Shown: one piece after another, positions 19,366 to 29,037 of the stretch | Layout: each line of letters begins with the position of its first letter | Numbering within the stretch: position 1 is the first letter of the stretch | Source of the DNA: Bacteroidota bacterium | GTDB taxonomy: Bacteria > Bacteroidota > Bacteroidia > AKYH767-A > 2013-40CM-41-45 | Assembly: GCA_031385005.1 (NCBI GenBank) | Contig: JANNBB010000026.1 | Span: 151,478 to 215,477, forward strand | DNA length: 64,000 nucleotides | Direction: 5' to 3' | The notes under the pieces: model-generated | What the model was told of the DNA's origin: nothing | What the model saw: the letters and a program-made list of their open reading frames with translations, nothing else | Database searches by the model: none | Program-made: the position numbers and the translations under genes

Positions 19366-21846
19366 ATGAATTGGAGTTTAAAACGGAATGTTTCTTCTTC
19401 CTTCGTTTTTCTTTTATGCATAACCCTATTACACGTTGTGCCGGCTTATGGTTTGACTGAAATTGAACCCAAAAAGTACAGCGCTACTTTGTTAAGTTCA
19501 CCAATTAAAATAGATGGTAAACCGATTGAAGAGGTTTGGAAGAGTGCAAAAGTAGCCACCAACTTTACCCAATTAGAGCCGGTTGAAGGAAACCCTGCCA
19601 GTCAGGTTACGGAGGTGAGGGTGCTTTACGACAACGATGCCATTTATATTTCTGCCATGTTATTTGACACCATGCCGGATAGTATTTTACATCAGTTGGG
19701 AAATAGAGATCAATCTGGCTCCTTAAATAGCGACGCCTTTCGTTTTGGATTAGATCCCTATAACCAGCGCCAGGCCGGTTATGTTTTTGAGCTGACTGCT
19801 TCCGGAGTTCAATCGGAAGCCTACAATGACGATCTCAATTTCGACGCAGTTTGGGAAAGCGCTGTACATATCAATCAATCCGGTTGGTCTTTAGAAATGA
19901 AAATCCCTTATTCTGCCATTCGTTTTCCTTCGACTCCTCAGCAAGTTTGGGCTATACAATTTGCACGATTAATACGTCGCAACAGAGAATACGATCAATG
20001 GACACTTACACCCAAAAATGTTCAAAATAAAATATTGTATTGGGGTACCATGGATGGTATCAGTAATATACAACCTCCTTTACGCCTAAGTCTTACACCT
20101 TATTTATCCGTTTATGCCGAGAGGTCTCCTTCATTAGAAGAGAATGATAAATACCAAAATTCATTTGTCTATAGTGGAGGAGCCGACTTGAAGTATGGCA
20201 TTGACGAACGTTTTACACTTGATATGACTTTGTTGCCGGATTTTAGTCAGGTACAGAGTGACAATAAGGTAAAAAACCTTTCTGCATTTGAAACCATTTA
20301 TGAAGAAAGACGACCTTTTTTCAAAGAAGGAACTTCCTTATTTGAGTTAGGCAGATTATTTTATTCCAGAAGAATTGGAAATATTCCTTCCGGTTATTAT
20401 GATGTTTCCTCCAATCTGGCAGATGGAGAAGTCTTAGAAGAAAACCCGGGTCGCGTAAAATTACTGAATGCAACCAAGGTATCCGGCAGAACAGACAATG
20501 GATTGGGTATTGGTTTGATGAATGCAATTACAGGAAATACTTATGCTATAATTAAACAAGTGAATGGTGAAAGAAGGAAAGTTTTGACTTCACCGTTAAC
20601 AAATTACAACCTTCTGGTACTTGATCAACAACTCAAACACAACAGTGCTGTTCGGGTGATTAATTCAAGTGTAATCAGAAATGGAAGTTTTAGAGATGCC
20701 AACGTTACGAGTGCAATTGGAATATTTGAGAACAAGCTTCATCAGTACAATATAAAAGGAGAATATTCTAATAGCCGAATCCACGAATGGGATAATGGAG
20801 TTAAACAAAATGTAAATGGCAATAAATATTTGATTGATTTCAACAAGATCAGCGGTTATTCTTACTATGGAGGAAGCTATGAGGTATTGGATAAAAAATA
20901 CGATAAGAACGACCTGAGTTATAATTTTACGCGAGACATAACGAATTTCAGTGCTTATTACACCTATAATAAGTTTAATCCATTTTGGAAGCATTTTAAA
21001 CAAGGAAACGTATCTATTTATACTTATCGGTCAGGGCGTCTGAGTTCCCAAAATGAACTTACAGAATTCGGAATATCACTAAGTATGTTTCTGTTATTTA
21101 ATAACAACTGGTCTCTTTATTCCGATATAGGTGGATCTCCATTAAAAGCAAAAGATTTTTACGAACCGCGTGTTGAAGGAAGGTTTTACCTGATTCCAAA
21201 ATCAAATTACGGAAGTATCAATTTCACTACAAATTACAATAAGAAGTTGGCATTTGATTTCGGAGGCCGGTTTAATATAGCAACGGATATAAACAATATT
21301 AATCTTGGCTACTATATCATTCCTATTTTTAGAGTGAATGATCACTTTAATTTCAGAGTAGAGAATTACTTTGATGTATATAAAAATGATGTGGGATTTT
21401 CTTCCTTAATTTCTAGTGATAGCATATTATTTGGTCAAAGAGATATTACTACGATTGTAAATAGTCTGGTTGCGAATTACATTTTCAAGAACGACATGTC
21501 ACTCTCCTGCTCTGCCCGCCATTACTGGTCAAAAGGCGATTACAACAAATTTTCTCTTTTACAAACTGATGGAGAACTTCTACCATTCCTTAGTTATTTT
21601 TCAAACGATTACGACTTCAATTCGAATTATTTGACGATTGATTTGGTTTACAACTGGCAGTTTGCACCCGGAAGTTCATTCCTGGTTACGTATAAAAATG
21701 CCATCAATTCAGAGTCTCAGAATACGAAGATTAATTACTTCAACAATCTGAAAAACACTTTCTCAGATCCACAAAATAATTCGATTTCACTAAAAGTAAT
21801 CTACTATTTTGACTATCAGTATTTGGTTAAAAAGAAATCAAGTTAA
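19366..21846 (+). CDS. DUF5916 / carbohydrate-binding family 9-like domain protein (secreted)
   Basis: 826 aa with a signal peptide. The N-terminal region IKIDGKPIEEVWKSAKVATNFTQLEPVEGNPASQVTEVRVLYDNDAIYISAMLFD matches the CBM9-like/DOMON-like module that precedes DUF5916 in Bacteroidetes. Confidence 0.6.
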   Translation: MNWSLKRNVSSSFVFLLCITLLHVVPAYGLTEIEPKKYSATLLSSPIKIDGKPIEEVWKSAKVATNFTQLEPVEGNPASQVTEVRVLYDNDAIYISAMLFDTMPDSILHQLGNRDQSGSLNSDAFRFGLDPYNQRQAGYVFELTASGVQSEAYNDDLNFDAVWESAVHINQSGWSLEMKIPYSAIRFPSTPQQVWAIQFARLIRRNREYDQWTLTPKNVQNKILYWGTMDGISNIQPPLRLSLTPYLSVYAERSPSLEENDKYQNSFVYSGGADLKYGIDERFTLDMTLLPDFSQVQSDNKVKNLSAFETIYEERRPFFKEGTSLFELGRLFYSRRIGNIPSGYYDVSSNLADGEVLEENPGRVKLLNATKVSGRTDNGLGIGLMNAITGNTYAIIKQVNGERRKVLTSPLTNYNLLVLDQQLKHNSAVRVINSSVIRNGSFRDANVTSAIGIFENKLHQYNIKGEYSNSRIHEWDNGVKQNVNGNKYLIDFNKISGYSYYGGSYEVLDKKYDKNDLSYNFTRDITNFSAYYTYNKFNPFWKHFKQGNVSIYTYRSGRLSSQNELTEFGISLSMFLLFNNNWSLYSDIGGSPLKAKDFYEPRVEGRFYLIPKSNYGSINFTTNYNKKLAFDFGGRFNIATDINNINLGYYIIPIFRVNDHFNFRVENYFDVYKNDVGFSSLISSDSILFGQRDITTIVNSLVANYIFKNDMSLSCSARHYWSKGDYNKFSLLQTDGELLPFLSYFSNDYDFNSNYLTIDLVYNWQFAPGSSFLVTYKNAINSESQNTKINYFNNLKNTFSDPQNNSISLKVIYYFDYQYLVKKKSS

Positions 21847-21870
21847 GTTTTAAAAAGTCCTTTTTAAAAC
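21847..21870 (+). terminator. Weak AT-rich hairpin, possible terminator
   Basis: gttttaaaaag-tc-ctttttaaaac, a perfect inverted repeat directly after the stop codon. No strong T-run follows. Confidence 0.3.
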
Positions 21871-21939
21871 TACCAATAACTCAAAATAACGCCCTATATT
21901 CGCTCCTTGTAATAACAGAAATTTTACAGGAGTTTTTCA

Positions 21940-23319
21940 ATGTTGAGCGTCGAAGAAAAAGAATTACTTTCAGAGCGACTGGTTACGGGCAATCTTTATA
22001 AGCTGAAGCATCTTACATCAGATGTTCAGCCCGAAGAATTGGCCGAAATGATCAATGACTCCAAACACATTGATTTTTTTAAGTTATTTCAGGTTCTTGA
22101 TGCTGAAAAAGCAATAAAAACCTTTGAGAATCTGGATTTCAATATTCAGATAGAGCTTTTGGGCTCCTTCAGCGTCGAACAATTAAAATCAACTCTTAAT
22201 CAGATTTCTCCGGATGACCGAACAGCCCTATTCGAAAAGCTATCCGAAGAAACACTATTGAATTATTTATCGCTTTTAAGTGACGAAGAACGAAAGACTG
22301 CCAAAGAACTCTTACAATATCCGGAAGACAGTATTGGTCGGTTAATGACTCCGGATTATATTTCAGTAAAGGAAGACTGGACGGTACAACAGGTTTTGGA
22401 CTACATTCGCAAGACAGGAAGCAACAGTGAGACCATTAGTAATATTTATGTAACCGATCCGAAGGGTTTTCTGATTGATGATATAATTGTCCGCGACTTT
22501 TTATTGGCTCCGCTGGATAAAAAAGTAAGTGAGTTAATGGACAGGCAATTTGTTTTCCTGAATGCAAGGGATGATCAAGAGGTAGCCATTGATATTTTTA
22601 AGAATGCGAACAGGACGGCCTTGCCGGTGGCAGACTTCAATGGACTTTTACTTGGTATAATAACGATTGATGACGTAGTAGACGTAATTGAAGCAGAAGA
22701 TACAGAAGATATCCAGAAAATCGGTGGTACGGAAGCCTTCGAGGAGCCCTATTTGAAAATCGCTTTGGGGAAAATGATTCGGAAAAGAGCCGGCTGGCTG
22801 GTTATTCTCTTTTTTGGGGAAATGTTGACGGCCAGTGTGATGGGTTATTTCAACGATGAACTTAGCAAAGCAGTAGTCTTAACCCTTTTTGTTCCGTTGA
22901 TTATTTCGAGCGGTGGAAATAGCGGATCGCAAGCGGCCACTTTAATTATTCGTGCGATGGCATTAGGCGAAGTTACATGGCTCAATTGGTGGCATGTAAT
23001 GAGAAGGGAAATTATTTCGGGATTGACGCTAGGAAGTATTTTGGGATTTATTGGATTTATCAGGATTGCTTTATGGTCGCAGTTTACGACCTTATACGGC
23101 GAACACTGGTTTTTGCTGGGTTTAACAGTATCCCTCACACTGGTAGGAATTGTCATGTGGGGAACTATTGCCGGCTCCATGATACCCTTAGTACTCAAAA
23201 AAATTGGCAGAGATCCTGCTGTTTCATCGGCTCCATTTATAGCCACACTTGTTGACGTAACAGGGCTGATAATTTATTTTACGATAGCGTTTTTATTTTT
23301 AAAAGGCACATTACTTTAG
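21940..23319 (+). CDS. mgtE: Magnesium transporter MgtE
   Basis: N-domain, tandem CBS region and the C-terminal TM domain with GEMLTASVMGYF...PLIISSGGNSGSQAAT. Confidence 0.9.
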   Translation: MLSVEEKELLSERLVTGNLYKLKHLTSDVQPEELAEMINDSKHIDFFKLFQVLDAEKAIKTFENLDFNIQIELLGSFSVEQLKSTLNQISPDDRTALFEKLSEETLLNYLSLLSDEERKTAKELLQYPEDSIGRLMTPDYISVKEDWTVQQVLDYIRKTGSNSETISNIYVTDPKGFLIDDIIVRDFLLAPLDKKVSELMDRQFVFLNARDDQEVAIDIFKNANRTALPVADFNGLLLGIITIDDVVDVIEAEDTEDIQKIGGTEAFEEPYLKIALGKMIRKRAGWLVILFFGEMLTASVMGYFNDELSKAVVLTLFVPLIISSGGNSGSQAATLIIRAMALGEVTWLNWWHVMRREIISGLTLGSILGFIGFIRIALWSQFTTLYGEHWFLLGLTVSLTLVGIVMWGTIAGSMIPLVLKKIGRDPAVSSAPFIATLVDVTGLIIYFTIAFLFLKGTLL

Positions 23320-23382
23320 GGAATTATTACATCCCTCCCGGAGGGTCAATTATTTCCTTTTGAAAAAAAACAGAATTCTTTA

Positions 23383-24564
23383 ATGAAGAGATTGCTATAC
23401 CTGGAAGGATTGCGCGGTGTGTCGGCATTTATTGTTTTCATGGCTCATTTTAAGCCAACATTTTGCATTGACATCAATGAACAATTGCTGGATCGGATAG
23501 GATTGCTTGGCGTTGGCGAACGAATGTTTGCGGAAAATTTTCTTAGGACCTTTTATGAAGGCACCTTGCCTGTTTTCATCTTTTGGTTTATGAGCGCATT
23601 TGTAATTTCGATTAAAATGTTCGATCGTTCAGTTAATGAGAACAACAGATATTTAGTGGAAGCCGCTTCAAAAAGATATTTCCGATTTGCTATACCCGTT
23701 TTCGTCTCTTCCCTCTTGTGTTTTATTCTGATAAAATCAAATTTAATGCTCAACCATCAGTTGGCCAATGCGGCCGGACATGGTTATGAAGACGGATGGT
23801 TGGGATTGTGGTACAATTTTGATCCGGGAATTATTCACTTTTTAAAAACCACAATCGTCGAAGTTTTTTTAACGGGAAATTGCAATTACAACATTGCACT
23901 TTGGACAATGACACCTGAACTGATGGGTTCGATGCTTTGCTTTGGAGTCTTTGCTATAGCAGGGAAAAACAAATTCAGGTTTGTTATTTACTCCGCAGTT
24001 GGACTTTTCATGATCATTGCCGGCTTACGTGACGTGAACTACTTTGTCTATTTAATTTTCCTTTGTGGAGTAATTTGGTGCGATTCTGTTTACTCGCAAG
24101 ATGAAGGTGTATTATTAAAGGAGAAATTCAAACTTACATTTAATTCCAAAGGGATTGCCATTGGATTGCTGATAATTTCTTTTGGAGCTACCATTTATTC
24201 TGATGTGTTTCATCCAATTCCGGAAAACCTGTACTACTTCTTCAACTATCCGGTAAAGACTGTTGCATTGACGCTTTCAATAAGCAATTTCAGTATGATG
24301 CGTAAATTTTTCGAACTCAGACCTTTCCGCTTTATGGGAAAGTTGTCGTTTTCTTTTTACCTACTGCATATACCGATTATGTTTAGCGCAGGAATTTACA
24401 TGTACATGTATGCGGGAATTACCTCTCCTTACAAAACCCTAATTGTTTTTGTATTTCTATCCGTTTTAATTACTGCCTGCTCCTATGTATTTATGTTGCT
24501 GGTGGACAAAAAAGCAATAAAAATTTCAGACAGGATCGGACGGTATTTTGCGTCCAAAAACTAA
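23383..24564 (+). CDS. Acyltransferase family 3 (OafA-like) membrane protein
   Basis: MKRLLYLEGLRGVSAFIVFMAHF plus ~10 TM segments over 393 aa. Confidence 0.75.
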   Translation: MKRLLYLEGLRGVSAFIVFMAHFKPTFCIDINEQLLDRIGLLGVGERMFAENFLRTFYEGTLPVFIFWFMSAFVISIKMFDRSVNENNRYLVEAASKRYFRFAIPVFVSSLLCFILIKSNLMLNHQLANAAGHGYEDGWLGLWYNFDPGIIHFLKTTIVEVFLTGNCNYNIALWTMTPELMGSMLCFGVFAIAGKNKFRFVIYSAVGLFMIIAGLRDVNYFVYLIFLCGVIWCDSVYSQDEGVLLKEKFKLTFNSKGIAIGLLIISFGATIYSDVFHPIPENLYYFFNYPVKTVALTLSISNFSMMRKFFELRPFRFMGKLSFSFYLLHIPIMFSAGIYMYMYAGITSPYKTLIVFVFLSVLITACSYVFMLLVDKKAIKISDRIGRYFASKN

Positions 24565-24588
24565 GTTAAGAGAAACTTTTATGATCAC

Positions 24589-24723
24589 TTAATGGCTGGC
24601 AGTAGTTGCACCTTTTCCATTATTTACATCATTCGTTTCTCTCGGAGCTTTCATGATGATAATGACTATCAATGCAGCGAAAAAAAGAATGAATAGTTTG
24701 TTGTAAATGTTTAGCTTTCTCAT
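24589..24723 (-). CDS. Hypothetical small membrane peptide (44 aa), translationally coupled to the upstream 83-aa ORF
   Basis: Hand-translated: MRKLNIYNKLFILFFAALIVIIIMKAPRETNDVNNGKGATTASH. Its ATG overlaps the stop of ORF 24723..24974 by 1 nt. Confidence 0.3.
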   Translation of the reverse strand: MRKLNIYNKLFILFFAALIVIIIMKAPRETNDVNNGKGATTASH

Positions 24724-24974
24724 CAGTTAAAAAGTTGTGCGTTAGTAATATTTCCTATATCAATCATTTCTCCCAACTTCTTGTGGGCATCCATTTCGGC
24801 TTGTGAACGGGCAGCCTGATAGGCCATGACGTTTTCGGCGCTTATCATATAATACTCGATCTGAGCTTCTCGAATATTGTAACGGCAAACTATCATGCCT
24901 TCATTTCTTTTTCCGTCTGTAAAGGTGAAAATACCATTTTGGTAAATAAATTGTTGAATTTCGTGTGCACTCAT
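24723..24974 (-). CDS. Hypothetical protein (83 aa)
   Basis: ORF of plausible composition with no recognisable family. Its stop overlaps (TGATG) the start of a 44-aa TM peptide ORF. Confidence 0.35.
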   Translation of the reverse strand: MSAHEIQQFIYQNGIFTFTDGKRNEGMIVCRYNIREAQIEYYMISAENVMAYQAARSQAEMDAHKKLGEMIDIGNITNAQLFN

Positions 24975-25128
24975 TTTTTTGTTTTTTTATGAATGAATTT
25001 CAAAACTAAACTCAAATGAGGGGTAGGACAAACTAAGTTGGGCAAACGGGCTTTATTATTGGAATATGATGGTAAAAAAAGGGTGAATGAGTTTTAGAAA
25101 AACTTTAAAAAGAGCATAAGATTAAAGA

Positions 25129-25165
25129 AAAATAAAAAACCCCGCCAGTTTTCACTGGACGGGGC
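25129..25165 (-). terminator. Rho-independent terminator for the minus-strand tRNA-Leu transcript
   Basis: Read on the minus strand: ccccgtccagtgaaaactggcgggg followed by TTTTTTATTTT. It lies ~590 nt downstream of the tRNA 3' end. Confidence 0.6.
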
Positions 25166-25627
25166 CTCTCGTCTAACCAAAAACCAATCTTAAGTGTCAA
25201 TGTCTTTATGGATGGATGAATACTGAAAACCGGTAAAACAGCAGAAAAATAGGATTGCTATATTCATCGTTTTGACCTTCATTATTCATTCTTACATGTC
25301 GATTTCAGAATAAATCTTATATGTCCTTATAGCATTTATTCCCTTTTCCGGTTTTTATACAATAGGGGAAAATCTTACAAAAAGTATGTTATTTTAAGGG
25401 AAAATGATAGTAATTGAACTGAGTTCAAAAGTGAAATTATTCGTAATTAAAGCTTCAAATAATTTTTATAAAAATATAATAATGAATGCTTTAAGATAAA
25501 TAAACAAACTGTTTATTAATTAGAAAAAACGTGCCGAATAGCTAACTTTTGTGTTGAGGATTTTCTGATAATTGCGGAATTCTAGGAAAAAAATCAATAT
25601 GAATTGGTGTTTTTTTTATAGAGTTTA

Positions 25628-25703
25628 CAGAGACAGAAACAGAGACAGAGACAGAGACAGAGACAGTGACAGTGACAGTGACAGTGACAGTGACAGAGAC
25701 AGT
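25628..25703. repeat. Hexanucleotide microsatellite (GAGACA)n/(GTGACA)n
   Basis: agagacagaaacagagacagagacagagacagagacagtgacagtgacagtgacagtgacagtgacagagacagtg. Confidence 0.9.
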
Positions 25704-25736
25704 GCACTGTGTACAGTTCTGTACACAGTGCACTGT
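25699..25736. repeat. Two copies of the 12-bp perfect palindrome ACAGTGCACTGT forming a 36-bp hairpin; a third copy lies at 25852..25863 between the tRNAs
   Basis: cagtgcactgtgtacag-ttc-tgtacacagtgcactg at 25700..25735. The core acagtgcactgt is present at 25699, 25725 and 25852. Confidence 0.85.
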
Positions 25737-25755
25737 ACATAGTAAACTGTCAAAG

Positions 25756-25839
25756 TGCCCGGGGAGAGACTCGAACTCTCAAGGAAATTACTCCAACGGC
25801 TTCTGAGACCGCAACGTTTGCCAGTTTCGCCACCCGGGC
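25756..25839 (-). tRNA. tRNA-Leu (anticodon CAG), type II, 84 nt, no encoded CCA
   Basis: Hand-folded reverse complement. Acceptor stem GCCCGGG/CCCGGGC; 3-bp D-stem with GG in the loop; anticodon stem GCGGT/GCCGT (two G.U pairs); loop CTCAGAA; long variable arm; T-stem GAGAG/CTCTC; T-loop TTCGAGT; discriminator A. Confidence 0.85.
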
Positions 25840-25883
25840 GGAAAAGAGTACACAGTGCACTGTATACAGTATACTCAAAAAAG

Positions 25884-25963
25884 TGCCCAGGACGAGATTC
25901 GAACTCGTACGGTTGCCCGCCACCCCCTCAAAGTGGTGCGTCTGCCAGTTTCGCCACCTGGGC
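25884..25963 (-). tRNA. tRNA-Leu (anticodon GAG), type II, 80 nt, no encoded CCA
   Basis: Reverse complement: acceptor stem GCCCAGG/CCTGGGC; anticodon stem CCACT/GGTGG; loop TTGAGGG; variable arm CGGGCAACCGT; T-stem ACGAG/CTCGT; T-loop TTCGAAT. Confidence 0.8.
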
Positions 25964-25981
25964 AAGGGACGCAAAAGTAAT

Positions 25982-28021
25982 TTATTTTAGGTATTTTTCT
26001 AAAAATCCGAAAAATTCTCTTTGCCACATAATACTATTCTGTGGCTTAAGAACCCAATGGCCTTCATCCGGGAAACTTAAAAAACGGGCAGGAATTTTCT
26101 TCATGCGAGCAGCGGAATAAGCTTCAAGACCTTGCGAGTAAGGAATTCGATAATCTTTTTCATTCGATATAATCAAAATAGGTGTATCCCAATTCTGAAC
26201 GAATCGATGTGGCGAAAACTTGGCATAGCTGATGGGCTGAGGAGTTCTCCAATAAGCACCATCGAATTCATAGTTATGGAAAAACAATTCCTCAGTTCCA
26301 AGCATACTCTCGAGGTTAAACACGCCGCAATGTGAGATAAATGCTTTGAAACGACGTTGGTGATGTCCGGCCAGCCAGAACACAGAATAACCCCCGAAGC
26401 TTGCACCTACTGCACCCAGTTTGTGTTTATCGACATAAGGTTGCTGAGAAACACTATCTATGGCACTCAACAAATCTGTCATCGCTTGTCCACCCCAATC
26501 TTTACTGATTTCATCGTTCCACTCTTTCCCAAAGCCCGGTAAACCTCGTCTGTTGGGAGCCACAACTATATAACCGTTGGCAGCCATTAATTGAAAATTC
26601 CATCGATAAGAGAAAAACTGGCTGACAGTACTTTGCGGTCCACCCTGACAATAAAGAAGTGTTGGATATTTATTGGCCGGATTAAAATTAGGAGGATAAA
26701 TAACCCATGTTAACATTTCTTTTCCATCAGAAGTTTTAATCATGAACTTCTTCACTTCACCGAGTGTTATGGGTGATAATACTTCATCATTTGTGCTTGT
26801 TAGTTTTTGGGTTGCTCCAGACTTACTATTCACAGAATAAAGTTCTGTCGGCTCGGAGATTGACATACGGGAAGTTAAAATCAAATCATCCTTTCCGGGA
26901 GGAGTAACAACTGAAAGTCCGTTGAAATCGGCCACATCCTTGGTTAGCTGCTTTATAGGATTTTCCATATTCGGGGTGATGTCACAACGAAAAACCTGAT
27001 CGGTAGCAAGAATATCAGAAATAAAATAGATTGCATCTGACTTACCGGACCAATGAAGATTTTCAACATTGTATTCAAATCCTTTAGACCAATCCTTTTT
27101 TTCTTTCGTTGCGATCGTATAGGTAAACAATCGCTGAAGTGAAGCTTCATTACCGGCTTCTTCCCAGCTAATCCAAGCGAGTTGTTTACCATCAGGAGAA
27201 AAAGCAGGGGCCTTATCATAACCGTTATTTCCGGCTGTTATGTTCGATGTTAATTTACTTGAAACATCATACAAATAAATTTCAGAATTAGTCTGTATGG
27301 CATATTCGAGTCCGGTTACTTTTTTGCAGGTATAAGCTAAAAGCTTTCCATCCGGGCTCCAGCTTATTTCTTCATCGCCACCGTGTGGTTTCATTGGTGA
27401 ATCAAAATGTTCTCCCTTCATAATATCGATAGGTTCAGAAGTCAATTTGGTGTCATTTAAAGAAGCAATAAAAATATGGCTGTAACTCCCATTTGCCCAT
27501 TGATCCCAGTGTCGCATCATCAAATCACTGTATACATGTCCGGTTGATTTTTTGAGATCCGGATATTTATCTTTCCCAAGAAATTTGTCTTCTAAAACAT
27601 CGATGCTTAACCAGATCATTTTTCCATTTCCGGAAATGCCATAGGTATTTATGTCGTCGGCAAGATTGGTGACTTGAACTTTATCAGAGCCGTCGACATT
27701 CATGCTGAACAACTGACTTCCTGATTTATCGTTGAGGTAATAAATGCGTTTTCCATCGCTGCTCCAACGCGGTTGCGTTTCATTGCTGGAATCGGCAGCA
27801 ATAGCTTTGGATGTCCCCGTTGAATAATCGTATAAATAGATGTCTGTATTTCCTTTATTCATTTCCACATTAAATCTGCGGATGTTGTATACGGCTTTGT
27901 TGCCATCGGGAGATAATTGAGGATCAGAAACCCTACCCAACTGCCAAAGCAATTCAGGAGTGAGCCAATCGGCAGATACATTTAAAGAAAGAAAAAATAA
28001 AATCGGTAAGAGGCGTTTCAT
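25982..28021 (-). CDS. S9 family serine peptidase (prolyl oligopeptidase/dipeptidyl-peptidase type) with an N-terminal beta-propeller
   Basis: 679 aa with a signal peptide and TolB/WD40-like propeller repeats. The C-terminal alpha/beta hydrolase has GASFGG (GxSxG) and GGPQS. Confidence 0.8.
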   Translation of the reverse strand: MKRLLPILFFLSLNVSADWLTPELLWQLGRVSDPQLSPDGNKAVYNIRRFNVEMNKGNTDIYLYDYSTGTSKAIAADSSNETQPRWSSDGKRIYYLNDKSGSQLFSMNVDGSDKVQVTNLADDINTYGISGNGKMIWLSIDVLEDKFLGKDKYPDLKKSTGHVYSDLMMRHWDQWANGSYSHIFIASLNDTKLTSEPIDIMKGEHFDSPMKPHGGDEEISWSPDGKLLAYTCKKVTGLEYAIQTNSEIYLYDVSSKLTSNITAGNNGYDKAPAFSPDGKQLAWISWEEAGNEASLQRLFTYTIATKEKKDWSKGFEYNVENLHWSGKSDAIYFISDILATDQVFRCDITPNMENPIKQLTKDVADFNGLSVVTPPGKDDLILTSRMSISEPTELYSVNSKSGATQKLTSTNDEVLSPITLGEVKKFMIKTSDGKEMLTWVIYPPNFNPANKYPTLLYCQGGPQSTVSQFFSYRWNFQLMAANGYIVVAPNRRGLPGFGKEWNDEISKDWGGQAMTDLLSAIDSVSQQPYVDKHKLGAVGASFGGYSVFWLAGHHQRRFKAFISHCGVFNLESMLGTEELFFHNYEFDGAYWRTPQPISYAKFSPHRFVQNWDTPILIISNEKDYRIPYSQGLEAYSAARMKKIPARFLSFPDEGHWVLKPQNSIMWQREFFGFLEKYLK

Positions 28022-28161
28022 TGGATTTCTTTTTTTACGATTAGGTTGAGAATTTTAATTATTTATTTCAAATGTTTGTTTGAAGTTGATCAAGAATAAT
28101 TGAAAAAAGATAGATGCAAGATTATTTTAGAACTTCAGATGCTATTAATTCGAAAGTAGTA

Positions 28162-28908
28162 TCAATTCATACCTCCGTCAACATGCAAGACTTGTCCGGT
28201 AACATAAGCAGACAAATCCGAAGCAAGGAAAAGTACGGCATTGGCGACATCTTCGGGAGTGCCTCCTCGTTTTAATGGAATAGACTCTCGCCATTGCTTA
28301 ACGGTTTCGGGAGGAAGCGCATCGGTCATTTCAGTTTCGATGAATCCGGGAGCGATAGCATTGCAACGAATACTTCTGCTGCCGAGTTCGAGCGCAATTG
28401 ATTTGGTAAATCCGATGATCCCCGCTTTTGATGCGGCATAATTTGCTTGTCCGGCATTTCCCTTTACACCCACTAAACTGCTGATATTGATGATACTTCC
28501 GGAACGCTGCTTCAACATTGGTCGCTGACACGCTTTCGTAATATTGAAAACAGAATTCAGGTTAGTTTTAATTACATCGTTGAAGTTTTCCTCAGTCATT
28601 CTCATGAGCAGGTTATCTTTGGTAATACCGGCATTATTGACAACGATATCGAGTCGCCCGAAATCTGCTACGACTGCAGCAATTAATTCATCGGCCGCTT
28701 TAAAATTGGAAGCATCGGACCGATATCCTTTTGCTTTAACACCAAATGCAGCCAGTTCGGTTTCGAGAGCCAGGCCTTTTTCAACAGAAGACAAGTAAGT
28801 AAAAGCAACATCGGCACCGGCTTGAGCAAGTTTAAAAGCGATTCCGCGACCGATTCCTTTAGAAGCTCCTGTTACGAGGGCAGTTTTACCTGATAGTAAT
28901 TTTTCCAA
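28162..28908 (-). CDS. fabG: 3-oxoacyl-[ACP] reductase
   Basis: MEKLLSGKTALVTGASKGIGRGIA...NNAG...YAASKAG: classical SDR with the TGxxxGxG and YxxxK motifs, 248 aa. Confidence 0.85.
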   Translation of the reverse strand: MEKLLSGKTALVTGASKGIGRGIAFKLAQAGADVAFTYLSSVEKGLALETELAAFGVKAKGYRSDASNFKAADELIAAVVADFGRLDIVVNNAGITKDNLLMRMTEENFNDVIKTNLNSVFNITKACQRPMLKQRSGSIINISSLVGVKGNAGQANYAASKAGIIGFTKSIALELGSRSIRCNAIAPGFIETEMTDALPPETVKQWRESIPLKRGGTPEDVANAVLFLASDLSAYVTGQVLHVDGGMN

Positions 28909-29037
28909 AATATTGAGGTTTTGCGCAAATTAAAAAAAAAACTTTGAGTGAAGCTATTAAAAAGCTCTTAATGTTTGTTAACAATTCTTGCCCGAATTGA
29001 GGTATTTGATACATTTACGGCTTAACTAAAAACCATC

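Noticed and set aside
21847-21939. Possible Mg2+ riboswitch (M-box) upstream of mgtE
   Set aside because: The leader is only ~93 nt and AT-rich, far too short for an M-box aptamer. No conserved M-box motifs were seen.
25542-26120. ORFs 25542..25733, 25709..25990, 25750..25974 and 25755..26120 from the six-frame track
   Set aside because: They overlie the (GAGACA)n microsatellite and the two tRNA-Leu genes. They are artefacts of stop-free repeat or stable-RNA sequence.
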